A stretch of DNA of 62,142 bases, filler included, from Chiloscyllium plagiosum (taxonomy: Eukaryota): the NCBI RefSeq assembly GCF_004010195.1. It is 3 parts of one record of this genome, joined end to end, with 100 filler letters (N's around TTAATTAATTAA, not from the genome) between each part and the next. Parts side by side here need not be neighbours in the genome. Positions count along the whole stretch, not along the records: positions 20,336 to 51,229 come from NC_057712.1; 2 more parts are not named here. One strand, written 5' to 3'. A program made the position numbers and the translations under genes. A model generated the notes under the pieces. That model was not told where the DNA came from. It was given only the letters and a program-made list of their open reading frames with translations, and ran no database searches. This document shows positions 37,121-50,149 of the stretch, piece after piece. The stretch's first letter is position 1; the number at the start of each line of letters is the position of its first letter.

Positions 37121-37967
37121 AACACAAATTCCCAGCTCGGCGAACAGAACCACAACAGAAACTCAATATGTCTGATAGCACATGTACAGAAAGCAGAGCT
37201 AATGTTTTGAGTCTCATGATCCTTCTTCAGAACTCACCCCTTCTTAAGACAAGTCACTGGACTCAAAATGTTTTTTATCCACAGATGCTACCAGACCTGC
37301 AGAGTTTCTCCAGCAATTTTTGATCCATGCCCTCAGACCATTTGTCTGGGGTTCTGGATATTACCATGTCACCACTGCCTCCCCACATATACTATATTGT
37401 GCATATTGTATACTGTACGTAGCTTTATGTAGTAACCTCCTTGAGCATACAAATCTCTGAGGTATCAGTGTTCCTCCATTTTTGGGATTGTTTGCATTCT
37501 TAGTTTTAATCACTTCACCACATGCCTTCAGCTCCTAAGGCCATAACTTTAAAATTTGATCCCTACACTTCTTCACCTTTTTACTTTACTTTCGGTTGTC
37601 AGATGGACCCTTGCCATCATATTCATCGCGTTAGATTTGCTGCCAACATCATCCTTCAGGGTTGGTGTTGACAAAGCTTGGTTCAAAGCAGTGCAGGAGA
37701 ACTGCATGGTATTTCATGTTCTTGTCATAATACAATATGTAGTTGATTTCATAATAGCAACTATGAGTAAGTTGGATCAATAAGCTGGAAATTGTTACAG
37801 GGACTGTGAGGAAAGTTGGTCTTACTCCTTTGAGACCCTAAGCTGTTCCCTACCCATCCATGTATGTGACAACATCATATCAGGTTGTGCTAATGCACTC
37901 ATCGCAATTAACCCTTTCAGACTTTTCCACTCTTAGAAAACAATTTCCTCCTTTAAGACATTACTTC

Positions 37968-38573
37968 TGTGATGGCACTATGGCTTTCAGAGTTGCAGTT
38001 TGTCCTTGTTTCTTTTATGAAGAAAAGTTGAGAAAGAGGTGGTGAGTAGTCTACTCAGAGCCAATAGATTAAACAGGTTGTAAGGCCTGGGGTTTCTTTT
38101 AAAAAGTTGGAATGATGGAAGCAGCCTGAATGTGTGGGGTCAAGCTCCCACAGAACCAGGATTTTTTAGTTTTAGTTTTTCAGCAGCAGTTTCTGTTGGG
38201 GTCTTGAAGCTGGATTTGGGAGCTGTCTTTCCTCTTTCTGTTCAAGCTAAAAGCTGGGGTTCTTTTCCTGCTGTTTGAATTGCATGTGAGACCATCTATT
38301 TGTGTACTATATTGGAACAGTTACTGTTTAGTAGTTAAAGAATCTATTGTTTTATTACATTTTCCAATAGAGTTAAGTTATTCCAATTTTTTCTTTTGCT
38401 GTATTTTAACTACAGTGTATAAAGAAAGTTAGTTTTGTTTCAAGACTGGTGATTTGACCTATCAAATTGTATCTAGAATGCAACGCCTAGCACTTACCTT
38501 TAAAATAAGAAAATGTTAGGGTCTGGGCTATCTTCTTAATACATTTTGGTGGGCTTTGGTCTGGTCCATAGCA
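37968..38573 (+). mobile_element. Solo LTR (Gypsy-like), 606 bp
   Basis: Starts TGTGATGG and ends CCATAGCA (imperfect terminal inverted repeat); 4-bp TSD cttc at 37964-37967 and 38574-38577; no internal ORF. Confidence 0.7.
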
Positions 38574-38626
38574 CTTCAAACCTATCTACTTCAATAATCT
38601 TTAAGTCACCTGACATATTAATGCTA

Positions 38627-38950
38627 GGGGACGTGGTGCTATAGTGGACATGTCAATGGACTATAACTCCAGAGGGCCAAGATAATACTTAGGGGTCATG
38701 AGTTTAAATCCCACCTTAGCTGAGAGTCAAATTCAATACATTCCACAATTAAAGCAGAAAATGGTGACCATGCAACAATTGTCATGAAAGCTTATCTGGT
38801 TCACTAATATGCTTTCGGTAAAGATATCTGCTATCCTTACCGGGCCTGGCTTATATGTGACTCCAGACCAAGGGCCACGTGGTTGAATCATAGCTGCCTT
38901 CTGAAATGACCTAACAAGCCACTCAGTTCAAGGATAGTTAGAAACGGGCA
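38627..38950 (+). mobile_element. tRNA-derived SINE
   Basis: Same family as 5750-5940 and 36180-36445. Confidence 0.7.
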
Positions 38951-38989
38951 TTACTGCAAAGATAGCTGATTACTGTGTGATGTGGTCTA

Positions 38990-39560
38990 TCTAAAACGGA
39001 GGTCCAGTAAATGTCTCCAGTACACTCCATCTTCACAATGCCAGTGCTAACAAGGAACTGATACCCTCCTGGATGGCCAGATGCTGAGGCACAATCTGTA
39101 TCCTCTTTACCCTCACAGGACTCCCATATACAGACATCACCTTGTCAAAACTAGATTAGAATAAAATTAAAACCCACAGCCACCTCCTTAATAAACTGGA
39201 CAGGACCTCATGGAGCTCACAGGTCAAAATGCTAAGCCACAATGCTCTTCCTGTCACGTATGTAACAGCAGAGTACTGTACCACTGTCTGGTATCAATGT
39301 ATCCAACTAAATGTATCGATGTGCAACTCAGTTCAATAATACTCACACTTTGACCAACTCATCTCCGTTTGGCTCCCAACCCTGAACAAAATTACTTCCC
39401 CATCACGACTCCAACATCAGGAGAGGAATTACAACAGCTAAGCTACTGGAGAAGATCTACTCCAATCCAAGCCTAATCCTACTTGACGACCATGTCAACC
39501 TGCCAACACTACAACTTCTCTCACACTACTGTCTATGATCAAGCAGTAACAGCTGAGGAC
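38990..39560 (+). mobile_element. Vingi/I-group LINE fragment, decayed
   Basis: KIKTHSHLLNKLDRTSWSSQVKMLSHNALPVTYVTAEYCTTVW...IDVQLSS resembles the Vingi post-RT motif KLAGTSWGA..LRTSALAL.YS.AEYCAPVW. Confidence 0.6.
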
Positions 39561-40474
39561 TGAGAGCAAGAGGATTGACAGGAGAAAGCATTTACCAGAA
39601 ACTGATGCAGTCCTTCTATATGTTTAGCTATTGTTAAAAAAAATCATTGACCTGGGTTCTTATTAAGTTGGATATCTGGGAGTTTATTAATAATTAAGTA
39701 CATACACAAAACACCATCTCAAACATTTTTGCAATGGCATTTATATGTTTACTTACATTACTGTTATAATACATATATAGCTGACTAACAGATTGACTGG
39801 CTAATAACTAAGTACAATAAAATGGAAAGTTGTTATAATAGAAGATCACATGTTGTAATGTCATCCAACTATCATAAAGGTGCAATGCTTTTCTGAGATC
39901 TGTGCAGTAGTGCAACAGAAAGCATAGGGTAGACCCTGCAGCTTGTCTACCTCACTTTGATCTCCAATGGTAACAGGGGTCCATCAGGAGAATCCCTAAG
40001 TCTATTCAGGTTGCAGCTTTGGGGCCTGTTCAAACAATGATTCACATTATTGAGGATTTAGACAATTTTGTTTAGCTATTGACAATGTTATTGGTGGACT
40101 CTTTGACTATTTTCACGCTAAATACAAATAGCAGGAGGAGGCACTGAGAAGGGTATCCTTCGCGAATGGGAATGCTGGCTGGTTTCTTCCTTACTAAGAA
40201 TAATGGGCTTAATTATAGATATTTTAAATCAACTTATTCCGATATGTTATTACACACCTCTAGAGTAGGTGGGACTTGATCCTGGGCCTCCTGGCCAAAT
40301 GATAGGGTCAATATCATCCTGTCTCAAAAGCCCTCTATGGATTTGATTGTAAGATGTCTGGCAGACATCAGCTAAGTTAACACTGACCAGCATTTGAAAT
40401 GAAAGCTCCCAACAACCATCATAAAATGCTACATTGCATAACAAAGTTACCAGCTGGGCTCAGCAAGTTCAGAA

Positions 40475-40697
40475 ATTTGCACATTCTCCCCGTGTCTGCG
40501 TGGGTTTCCTCCGGGTGCTCCAGTTTCCTCCCACAGTCCAAAGATGTGCAGGTCAGGTGAATTGGTCATGCTAAATTGCCTGTAGAGCTAGGTGCATTAG
40601 TTAGGGGGAATGGGTCTGGGTGGGTTACTCTTCGGAGGGTCGGTGTGGACTAGTTGGGCTGAAGGGCCTGTTTCCACACTGTAGGGAATCTAATCTA
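40475..40697 (+). mobile_element. HE1 V-SINE, 5' truncated
   Basis: Begins at the V-domain; aatctaatcta tail. Confidence 0.9.
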
Positions 40698-42032
40698 AAA
40701 TAAGGCTTTCTTCAATATTAGTGCTGTGCAAAGCAGTTAGCATCTGAAAGGGTTAACTGACATCATGAGATAAACTCCATCCATCAAAATAAAAAAAAAG
40801 TTCCTGAGAGGTGATAAACAATTGTTCTAAGTTGAAAGATCAGTTCTAGTGCTAAATTCATGCAGTGAACAGTCATATTTATTTACTCTTAAATTGACCC
40901 TAATGTTCTAGTCTCCAAAGGAATGTGAATCAGATGTAATGTAGTGACCTACAAGAACTATGTAAGAAAATCCTATCTTATTTTTCATGATTGAGCCTGT
41001 CTTCTGCCAAACACTTTGTGTGAGCACCTTCCTTGTTGGTATCAGTAATTTAGAATGATACCAATGAGAAGAATTAGTGGCAATGAATCGACCCAAGACA
41101 TCTCATACTGGTACCAGTGAACATGAGCACAGATGCCATGGTGTCAGAGGGGTGGAGGATTTTGCCATCTACGTAATTTGGAGGTCTGATCCAACCTGAC
41201 AATGACATTAGTGACCACTGTAATTGCTCCTTACTTTTAAAATCAAGATCGCCTTTATTGACTTGTGACTGAATGTATTTAAAATGCTGAAAGACACAAA
41301 TCATAGAGTTGTGAACAGTACAACTTAGGATAAGATAAAATTCAAAGTCCTTTGTTGCTTCATTTCCTATACGCAGCCATGTGCTAATATACCTCAATAA
41401 TTGTAAAAAGCCTTGACATTTGTGAAAGGCACTCCATAAAGCTTTGTTCTTTCTTTCACCTCAACTTATACTCGAAATTCAAAGAACATTTTTCACTGGA
41501 ATATATGGAACAATCTCCCAGCAAAAGCAATTAATACTGTGACAATTGACTCTTTTCAAAAGATACACATACTCAGTTAAGAATAGAACTGAAATTATCA
41601 GTAGATGTTTATACACAATAGATTAAGTGCTGGATAGGATATAGTTTTCCAGTTATTTTCACATCTGATGCTCTGCATATGTAAAAGCTGCATTTAAAAA
41701 GTGCAGAATCCTATCAAATATTCATGTTCTGCAGGAATTCAGGTATTGGTGTAAGCAGCTTGTTTTCAACCTTTTATAGATCAATAGCTGATTGCAGTTC
41801 ACAGTTTGGAACTGAAACATGTGGAACAGGAAGAGTGATTCATGATCACACCAGTGCTGGGAGCAGGAAGAGGCAATATCCTAAGCAGACAAACTTCCAT
41901 TTTTGTTCCCCTAGTTTTACAGAAAATATTCTACTCTGGTTCGATTCTTGATCTACACCTAGTTGACCTGGCTTTGGGTAAGCAGTGAAGAAAAGAAGGA
42001 AACATAAAACAGACAGGGATCCATCTTGCCAT

Positions 42033-42942
42033 CATGGTGGCTCAGTGGTTCGCACTGCTGCCTCACAGTGCCAGGGACCTGGGTTTGATTCCAGCCTTGC
42101 GTGATTGTCTGTGTGGAGCTTGCATTTTCTCCCCATGTCTGCATGGGTTTTCTCTGGTTGCTCCAGTTTCCACCCACAGGAATGTGCAGGTTTGGTGGAT
42201 TGGCCATACGAAATTGCCCATAGTGTTCAGTGCTGTGCAGGTTGGGTGCATTTGTCACGGGGAAATGTAGGATGATAAGGTAGGGGAATGGGTTTGGGTG
42301 GGATAGACTTCAGAGGGTTTGTATGGGCTTGTTGGACTGAAGGGCCGGCTTCCACAAAATAGGGATTCTATGATTCTATGATAGGGTCTGCCTTGTCCTA
42401 TTGTGCGGCGGCACGGTGGCTCGGTGGTTAGCACTGCTGCCTTATAGCAATAGGGACCCGGTTTCGATTCCAGCCTCGGGCAACTGTCTGTGTGGAGATT
42501 GCACATTCTCCCTGTGTCTGCGTCGGTTTCCTCCACAGTCCAAAGATGTGCAGGTTAAGTGAATTGGCTGTGCTAAACTGCCCACAGTGTACCGGTATGG
42601 TTAGGTACATGAGTCAGTGGTAAACATAGGGAAATGGATTTGGGTGGGTTACTCTTGGGAGGGTTGGTCTGGACTTGTTGGGCCGAGGGCCTGTTATCAC
42701 ACAGTAGGAATTCTAATTCTCCATGTGTCTATGCGATTTTTCTCTGGTTTCATCCCACAATCCAATTAGGTGAATTGACCATGCTAACAATTGCCCATAG
42801 TGTCCAGGGATGTATAGGTTAGTGATAGGAAAAATGCAGGGTTTCAGGGATTGGGTATGGGGGTGAGTGTGGATGGGATGCTTTTTCTGTGTGGACTTGT
42901 TGGGCCAAATGGCCTGTTTCCACACTGTATGGATTTCTATGG
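42033..42942 (+). mobile_element. Three head-to-tail HE1/V-SINE copies (about 42033-42380, 42405-42716, 42718-42942)
   Basis: Three successive V-domain plus tail units with different degrees of divergence. Confidence 0.85.
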
Positions 42943-43350
42943 AAGCTAAACAGTATACATGGACATATCAATGATAAGTGAGGATGGGAGAGTGATAGAT
43001 ACTATGATAGAAGAGGGAATCACTATATCCTTTGTGATCTATACACTGTATCAGAGACCGGGGGTAAGAGGGAGAGAAGTAAAAAGTTAATAGAATTGCA
43101 GTGCATTTCAATGGAAGGCTTGTTTCTCTAATGGAAGAGATGCCCACCAATGATTCAATCAAACACTGATCTTTTTGCGTTGGACTGCACTGAAGAAATA
43201 AAATCAAAGAGTTCCTTGGCAGCTCCCACATATAACCCATTGGGTGTTGTGACAAATATCAAGAAAAATTTTGGTTAGTCATGTTATTATGCACACAAAT
43301 TACTTATGACTAGATTTTCTTTAATTTGTTTATGGGACATATATGTTGTT

Positions 43351-44274
43351 TTGGATGTAGGTTTGCTCGCTGAGCTGAAAGGTTCATTTCCAGATGTTTC
43401 ATTACCCTACTAGGTAATATCTTTAGAGGGCCTCATGAGAAGCAATGCTGAAAATTCCTGCTTTCTATTTATATATTTGGGTTTCTTTGGGTTGGTGATG
43501 CCATTTCTTGTGGTGAAGTTATTTCCTGTGGTGAAGTCACTTCCTGTTCCTTTTCTCAGGGGGTGGTAGATGAGGTCTAACTTGATGTGTTTGTTGATAG
43601 AGTTCCGGTTGGAATGCCATGATTCTAGGAATTCTCGTGCGTGTCTTTGTTTGGCTTGCCCTAGGATGGATGTGTTGTCCCAGTCGAAGTGGTGTCCTTC
43701 CTCATCTGTATGGGTCATGTCTTTTTGTGGCTAATTGGTGTTCATGTATCCTGTTGGCTAGTTTTCTGCCTGTTTGTCCAATGTAGTGTTTGTTACAGTC
43801 CTTGTAAATGACGTTAGTTTTGTTCATTGTCTGTATAGGGTGTTTCAAGTTCATTAGCTGCTGTTTTAGTGTGTTGGTGGGTTTGTGGGCTACCATGATG
43901 CCAAGGGGTCTGGCAGTCATTTCTGAGACGTCTTTGATGTAGGACAAGCCAAACAAAGACATGCATGAGAATTCCTAGAAGCATGGCATTCCAACCGGAA
44001 CTCTATCAACAAATACGTCAAGTTAGACCCGATCTACCACCCCTTGAGAAAAGGAACAGGAAGTGACTTCGCCACAGGAACTGACATCACCAACCCAAAG
44101 AAACCCAAATATATAAATAGAAAGCAGGAATTTTCAGCATTGCTTCGCACGAGACCCACTGAAGATATTACCAAAATAGGGTAACAAAATGCCTGGAAAT
44201 GAACTTTACAGCTCAGCGAGCAAATCTACAACCAAAACCCCAACCTGAGCTACAAATCTTCTCAAAACTCGCTA
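43351..44274. mobile_element. Penelope element with an inverted pseudo-LTR (GIY-YIG on minus 43351-43940; inverted copy on plus 43940-44274)
   Basis: NVIYKDCNKHYIGQTGRKLANRIHEHQ. 12-bp TSD with one mismatch (atatatgttgtt at 43339-43350, atatctgttgtt at 44275-44286). Decayed hammerheads at about 43390-43428 (minus) and 44156-44196 (plus). Confidence 0.88.
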
Positions 44275-44289
44275 ATATCTGTTGTTATT

Positions 44290-44610
44290 AAGTGTAGCAT
44301 GTATTGTCCATTTCTGGTTGCCCTTGGAAGGATGATGGAGCCATCTTGATTGCAACCTGCTAGGCCATTTCAAAGGGCAGTTAAAGTCAACTACATTGCT
44401 GTGGGTCTGGAGTCACTGGGAGGCCAGACTGTTTAAGGATGGTAGATTGCTTACCTGAAGGAGATTAGTAAACTGGATATTACAATCTGGTAGTTTCATT
44501 GTCACCATTACTGAGGCTAACTTTCTGAGCCAGACTTATTTAATGAACTTAATTTAAAAACCCAAGTTCTTGTGGTGGATTTTGAATTTGTGTCTCTGGT
44601 TCATTGACCT
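44290..44610 (-). mobile_element. tRNA-derived SINE
   Basis: gggcagttaaagtcaactacattgctgtgggtctggagtcac...aggatggtagatt. Confidence 0.7.
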
Positions 44611-45307
44611 AAATGAAGAGAGGTATACTATATTAGGCACATTGGGTACAAAGACTGATTCAGAAAGACAACCCAGCAATGAGAGATTTTATGACTAGAT
44701 TGTATCAGCTAGCCCTTTTTAAACCAGTCACAAACCTAATTCTGTCAGCTTTGCAATGATGTAGTTAACCTGCAATGGTTAACCTACATTTGCAAATTAA
44801 GCCTTTAAGGCTTCAATCGCAGGATGATAACACATTACACTCTGATGGAGTATGGGCACTTGAAAAAGTGCTAATGCAAAATAACTCCTTTGCATGTTGG
44901 ATTTATTTATTTTTGGAGGTTAATTGTATATAATTTAGCCAATCTTCATTTTATAGATTTCCCTATTAGCACTACCTATCCACCCCGATCTCAAATCTCT
45001 CAGCTCCAACACTCTCCCTTAACCTGGACCCCCGCGCCCCCCAACCTCTGGCTCTTTACCTGCACTCGATCTATTAATTGAGAACTGTTGACATAACATT
45101 AGTTACCTCAATTTTTCTGACCCCTTTATCCAATTCAACCTATCTCCCTCTGAACTGACTGCACTTAGAACCAACCCTGAGTTAACTATAAATAAGTACA
45201 AGTGTATTATCATTACCTGTATCCAATGTTTCTGTATGTGGGTGTGCGTTTGATGTATCAACTTGGGTAAGTGTGTGAGATGAATGATCATCTTTAACTT
45301 CCAGCTT

Positions 45308-47245
45308 GTAAGACCATAAGACCTAGGAGCAGAAATTAGGCCATTCAGCCCATCAAGTCCACTCGGCCATTCAATCATGGCTCATAAGTTTCTCAACTCC
45401 ATTCTCCTGCTTTCTCCCCGTAACCCTTGATCCCGTTGATACTCGAGAATTTATCTATTTCAGTCTTAAATGCACTCAGTGACCTGGCTTCCACTGCCTT
45501 CTGTGGAAATGGATTCCAGAGATTCACCACTCTCTGGCTGAAGACGTTTCTCCTTATTTCCATTCTAAAAACTCTTCCCTTTACTTTGTGGCTATGCCCT
45601 CAAGTCCAAGTTCTCCTACCAATGGAAACATCTTCCCAACTTCTCATCTGCCCAAGCCATTCAGTATTCTGTATGTTTCAGTTAGATCCCCCCCATCCTT
45701 GTAAACTCCATTGAGTATAAAGCCAGAGTCCTCAAACATTCCTCATATCTTAAAGCTTTTCATTCCTAGAACCATTCCCGTGAACCTCCTCCGAACATGC
45801 TTGACAGCCAGTACATTCTTCCTGAGTTATGAGTGCTCAAAACTGCACAAAATACTCCAAGTGTGGTCTAATGAAACTCTACTGCTAATACAGAGTCATA
45901 GAGTCATAGAGAGGTACAGCGTAGAAACAGACCCTTTGATCCAACCTGTCCATGCTGACCAGATATCCCAACCCAATCTAGTCCCATCTGCCAGTACCCG
46001 GCCCATATCCCTCCAAACACTTCCTATTCATATACCCATCCAGATGCCTCTTAAATGTTGCAATTGTACCAGCCTCCACCACTTTCTCTGGCAGCTCATT
46101 CCATACCCGTACCACCCTCTGTGTGAAAAAGTTACCCTTTAGGTCTCTTTTATATCTTTCCCCTCTCACCCTAAACCTATGCCCTCTAGTTCTGGATTCA
46201 CCGACCCCAGGGAAAAGACTTTGCCTATTTATCCTATCCATGCCCCTCATAATTTTGTAAACCTCTATAAGGTCACCCCTCAGCCTCCGACACTCCAGGG
46301 AAAACAGCCCTAGCCTGTTTAGCCTCTCCTTATAGCCCAAATCCTCCACACCCTGGCAACATTCTTGTAAATCTTTTCTGAACCCTTTCAAGTTTCACAT
46401 CTTTCCAATAGGAAGGAGACCAGAATTGCATGCAATATTCCAACAATGGCCCAACCCCATCTGGTCCAGATCCTGAGGTAACCCTCTTCGCTGTCCACTA
46501 CACCTCCAATTTTGGTGTCATCTGCAAACTTACTAACTGTACCTCTTATGCTTGCATCCAAATCATTTATGTAAATGACAAAAAGTAGAGGGCCCAGCAC
46601 CGATCCTTGTGGCACTCCACTGGTCACAGGCCTCCAGTCTGAAAAACAATTCTCCACCACCACCCTCTGCCTTCTGCCTTTGAGCCAGTTCTATATCCAA
46701 ATGGTTAATTCCTCCTGTATTCCATGAGATCTAACCTTGCTAATCAGTCTCCCATGGGGAACTTTGTCGAACGCCTTACTGAAGTCCATATAGATCACAT
46801 CTACTGCTCCTCCCGCATCACTCCTCTTTGTTACTTCCTCAAAACACTCAATCAAGTTTGTGAGACATGATTTCCCACACACAAAGCCATGTTGACTACC
46901 CCAAATCAGTCCTTGCCTTTCCAAAAACATGTACATCCTGTCCCTCAGAATTCCCTCCAACAACTTGTCCACCACCGAGGTCAGGCTCACCGGTCTATAG
47001 TTTCCTGGCAGTTCCTTACCACCCTTCTTAAACAGTGGCACCACCTTAGCTAACCTCCAGTCTTCCGGCAACTCACCTGTGACTATCGATGATACAAATA
47101 CCTCAGCAAGAGGCCCAGCAATCACTTCTCTAGCTTCCCACAGAGTTCTTGGGTACACATGATCAGGTCCTGGGGAATTATCCACTTTTACCCGTTTCAA
47201 GACATCCAACACTTCCTCTTCTGTAATCTGGACATTTTGCTCAAC
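45308..47245 (-). mobile_element. Two adjacent CR1 fragments (45308-45870; HER1 RT to tail 45892-47245)
   Basis: ORFs 46691-47335, 46388-46663 and 45978-46391 carry [31 protein letters not shown] and FADD. Confidence 0.92.
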
Positions 47246-47764
47246 TGTTCTCCAAGGACAAGAAAAGAAATTCCTCTTTCCATAAAAAACATACTTGGCA
47301 GAAAGTACATACATTCTGTCTGTGTCAAATGTCAAGTGAGTTGAGAAACAGTGATAAACAGATAGACCCCAAACAGATGGATAAAAGGCAACTTAATGTA
47401 ACTGGGTCAATCAAATGACTAGATGGCATTATTGGCGGAATGGCCCAAAACAATTTACTAGATTGCAACATCGGCTGAGTGGATCAAGTATATGATTAGA
47501 AGAGTTCATTAATGGCACATTTTTAAAATCATAAATTTATTTGGAAGAAACGTAATTGGCTTTTTATGCTCTCAGTTATGTTTTCAGTGGAAGATGAGAT
47601 GGGGGATGTTGACTAATTGCATTTTGAGTTTAAACATTAATTACTATTGTAGTTCCATAGATAGCACAAGTCAGATAGATACACATTCCCAGTAATAATC
47701 ATTTCAACTTTTCCTGTAACGAGTATCTTATCTTCTGAGTTCTCAAATTCTGTCCATCATCTAA

Positions 47765-48270
47765 AAGGTACAAGTCAGGAGTGTGATGGAATACTCCCCA
47801 CTAGCCTGGATAAGTGCATGTCCAACAACACTCAAGCTTGACACTATCCAGGACAAAGCAGCTCACTTGCTTAATATCCCATCCACCACCTTGAACATTC
47901 ACTCTCTCCACCTCTGATGTTCAGTTGCAGCAGTGTCACCAATCTACAAGATGCACTGCAGAAATTCACCGTATCTACTTTGACAGCATCTTCCAAAGCC
48001 ATGACCTCTATTGACTCAAAGGATAAAGGCAGCACATGAATGAGTGCAACTTTGCCTGAATATTCCCCTTCAAGTCACACATTATCTTGACTTGGAGCTA
48101 TATTGCTGTTCCTTCGCAGTTGCTGGATCAAAATCCTGAAACTTGTTGCTTAACAGCGCAATGGGTGCATCAGATGAACTGCAATGATTCAAGTGACTCA
48201 TTACCACTTCTCAAGGGCAGTTGGAGATAGGCAATAGTTCCGGTCTTACCAATGATGTCATTCCAAGAAG
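47765..48270 (+). mobile_element. CR1-group LINE 3' end
   Basis: caagtcaggagtgtgatggaatactcccca...; reverse complement of the 6240-6760 family. Confidence 0.8.
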
Positions 48271-48897
48271 ATATAAACAAAAACTGTTTAGGATATAGAA
48301 CAGCAAATCAACCACATCAAGCTCAATGGATAGTGTTGGATTGGACTTGTGTGAAGCATAACAGCAGCACAGACCAGCTGGGCTAAATAATCTGCTTTTA
48401 TTGTGCGTATTTAATGTAATTCTATTAATATTGCTCTGTAATATAATTATGATCCAGGACATTTAACTTTGGGCTTGTTAAGAAGAATGTGAAATCTATT
48501 TAGATATGTTTTGTCATTCAATTACAGCCAACAACCAGATGTAACACAAGTTTGCAAAATGATGAGCTTGTAGATTATCTGAAGCCAATAAAATGTTCAT
48601 TAATTATAAAGGGGCTGGCTCTATCTGTATTTTGTTGTATTCAATTAAACATTATTGATCACCAGATCATAGATTTACAGCTTTACTGTCTCATGCAAGG
48701 GAGCTTTCTCTATTAGGCCAGTCAATCATTCCTTCAATTAATAGATAGGTTTTTCAAATTCAGGTCCCTGAGGGGAATTTTATCTAAAATTCAAATTTGT
48801 AAACACTTTCTCCATTCATTGATTATTGGAACATTACTTCTGTTCCTGTATCTATTGTATGAACTATTTTTTTTGACACAAAGAGTAGGTTTCTCTT

Positions 48898-49455
48898 TCA
48901 GCTTTATAAGACTTTGGTTAGGCCACACTTGGAATATTGCATTCAATTCTGGTCACCACATTATTGGAAGGATATGGAGACTTTGCAGAAAGTGTAAAGA
49001 GGTTGACCAGGATATTCCCTGGTTTAGAGAGAAAGAGCTATAAGGAGAGGCTAGAAAAATTTGGGTTGTTTTCACTGGAGCAGAGGTGGCTGTGGGGAGA
49101 CTTGATAGAAGCCTATAAAATTATGAGATGCACAGAAAGGGTTGATGGTCAGAATCTTTTTCCCAGAGTTGAAATGTCTAATACTAGGGACATGCATTTA
49201 AGGTGAGAGGAGATGTGTGGGGCAGCTTGTTTTACACAGAATGGTAGGAGTCTGGAACGCACTACCAGGGGTGGTGATGGTGGGTGTGGTGGGTAGCGCA
49301 GATACTATGGGGACATTTAAGGGACTTTTAGGTAAGCACATGACTCTGCAAAGAATGGAGGGATATGAACCAAGGGCAGGCAGAAGGGATGAATTTAATT
49401 TGGCTTCCTGTTTGACACAACATTGTTCCTGTGCTGTAATGTTCTATGTACTATG
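48898..49455 (+). mobile_element. CR1 3' fragment
   Basis: SYKERLEKFGLFSLEQR..GDLIEAYKIMR. Confidence 0.85.
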
Positions 49456-49620
49456 GTAGGTCTTTTTCCTAGTGTTAGGAAGAGGAAACCTTTACTGGGA
49501 GGTCAGGATTTTCTTCTTTTTGAGGCTTGTGACTATTTGTACTTCTCTTCACCATTCACTGTAACCAAGAACATAATTGATAGCTCTTTGGGCATTGAGA
49601 AGATAAAGAGATATGGGGAT

Positions 49621-49670
49621 AGATCAGAAATGTGGATTGAGGTAGAGATCAGAAATGTGGATGGAGGTAG
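49621..49670 (+). repeat. 25-bp tandem duplication within a CR1 tail remnant
   Basis: agatcagaaatgtggat(t/g)gaggtag twice. Confidence 0.9.
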
Positions 49671-50149
49671 ACCATCGACATGGCCTTTTTAGAAGGCTTG
49701 AAAGTCCACATGGCCTCTTTTTGTTATGATTCCTTATATTCTTATTGGCAGGAGTCTTGGAGAGTGTTTTAATATTTGCGGAGGTTTCCCTACACAGGAT
49801 TGTTTGATATGAATCACTTACAGAAAGTGATATGGGACAGTAGGTGTTTAGTTACTCATCTTAATGAATCATAAGTGGGTGTTTTTTATTTAACAATTCA
49901 TAAAGTTTCATCCATTTTGCTTGTTTCCTGCCTGAGCTGACTACGCTTGTTTCTATTGCCACTTTTAAAATATTTCCCATCTATGTTTTTGAAGAGGCAG
50001 AACATCAGCGCTGTGTTAACAACATGTTATCCTTTGGAAGTGAGGTTAGTGATGTTTGGTGGGGCGGGGGGAAGGGTCATCAATTTAACATAATCTCTGA
50101 CGACAACACATTTAAGGCGAAGAGACTGAGGAAAGATGTTAAGGGATTT

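Larger units (their letters stand above)
36512..37156 (+). mobile_element. Penelope (Poseidon-type) element 3' part, GIY-YIG endonuclease plus pseudo-LTR
   Basis: NVVYKISCKDCTKHYIGQTGRQLTIRIHEHQ (GIY-YIG); 12-bp TSD agaaactcaata at 36500-36511 and 37157-37168. Confidence 0.9.
36180..37385 (-). mobile_element. tRNA-derived SINE split by an old inverted PLE module (about 36445-36511 and 37157-37320)
   Basis: SINE body at 36180-36445 and head at 37321-37385. The old module has facing decayed hammerhead relics at about 37200-37272. Confidence 0.65.

Noticed and set aside
40250..40444. RGLLRQD peptide resembling kanadaptin LGLLRQE
   Set aside because: The true exon is 19258-19397; this is a short chance match overlapping a SINE remnant.
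41074..41397. STWLRI peptide as the missing upstream exon
   Set aside because: It lacks the acidic EELEYEF segment and a compatible splice donor.
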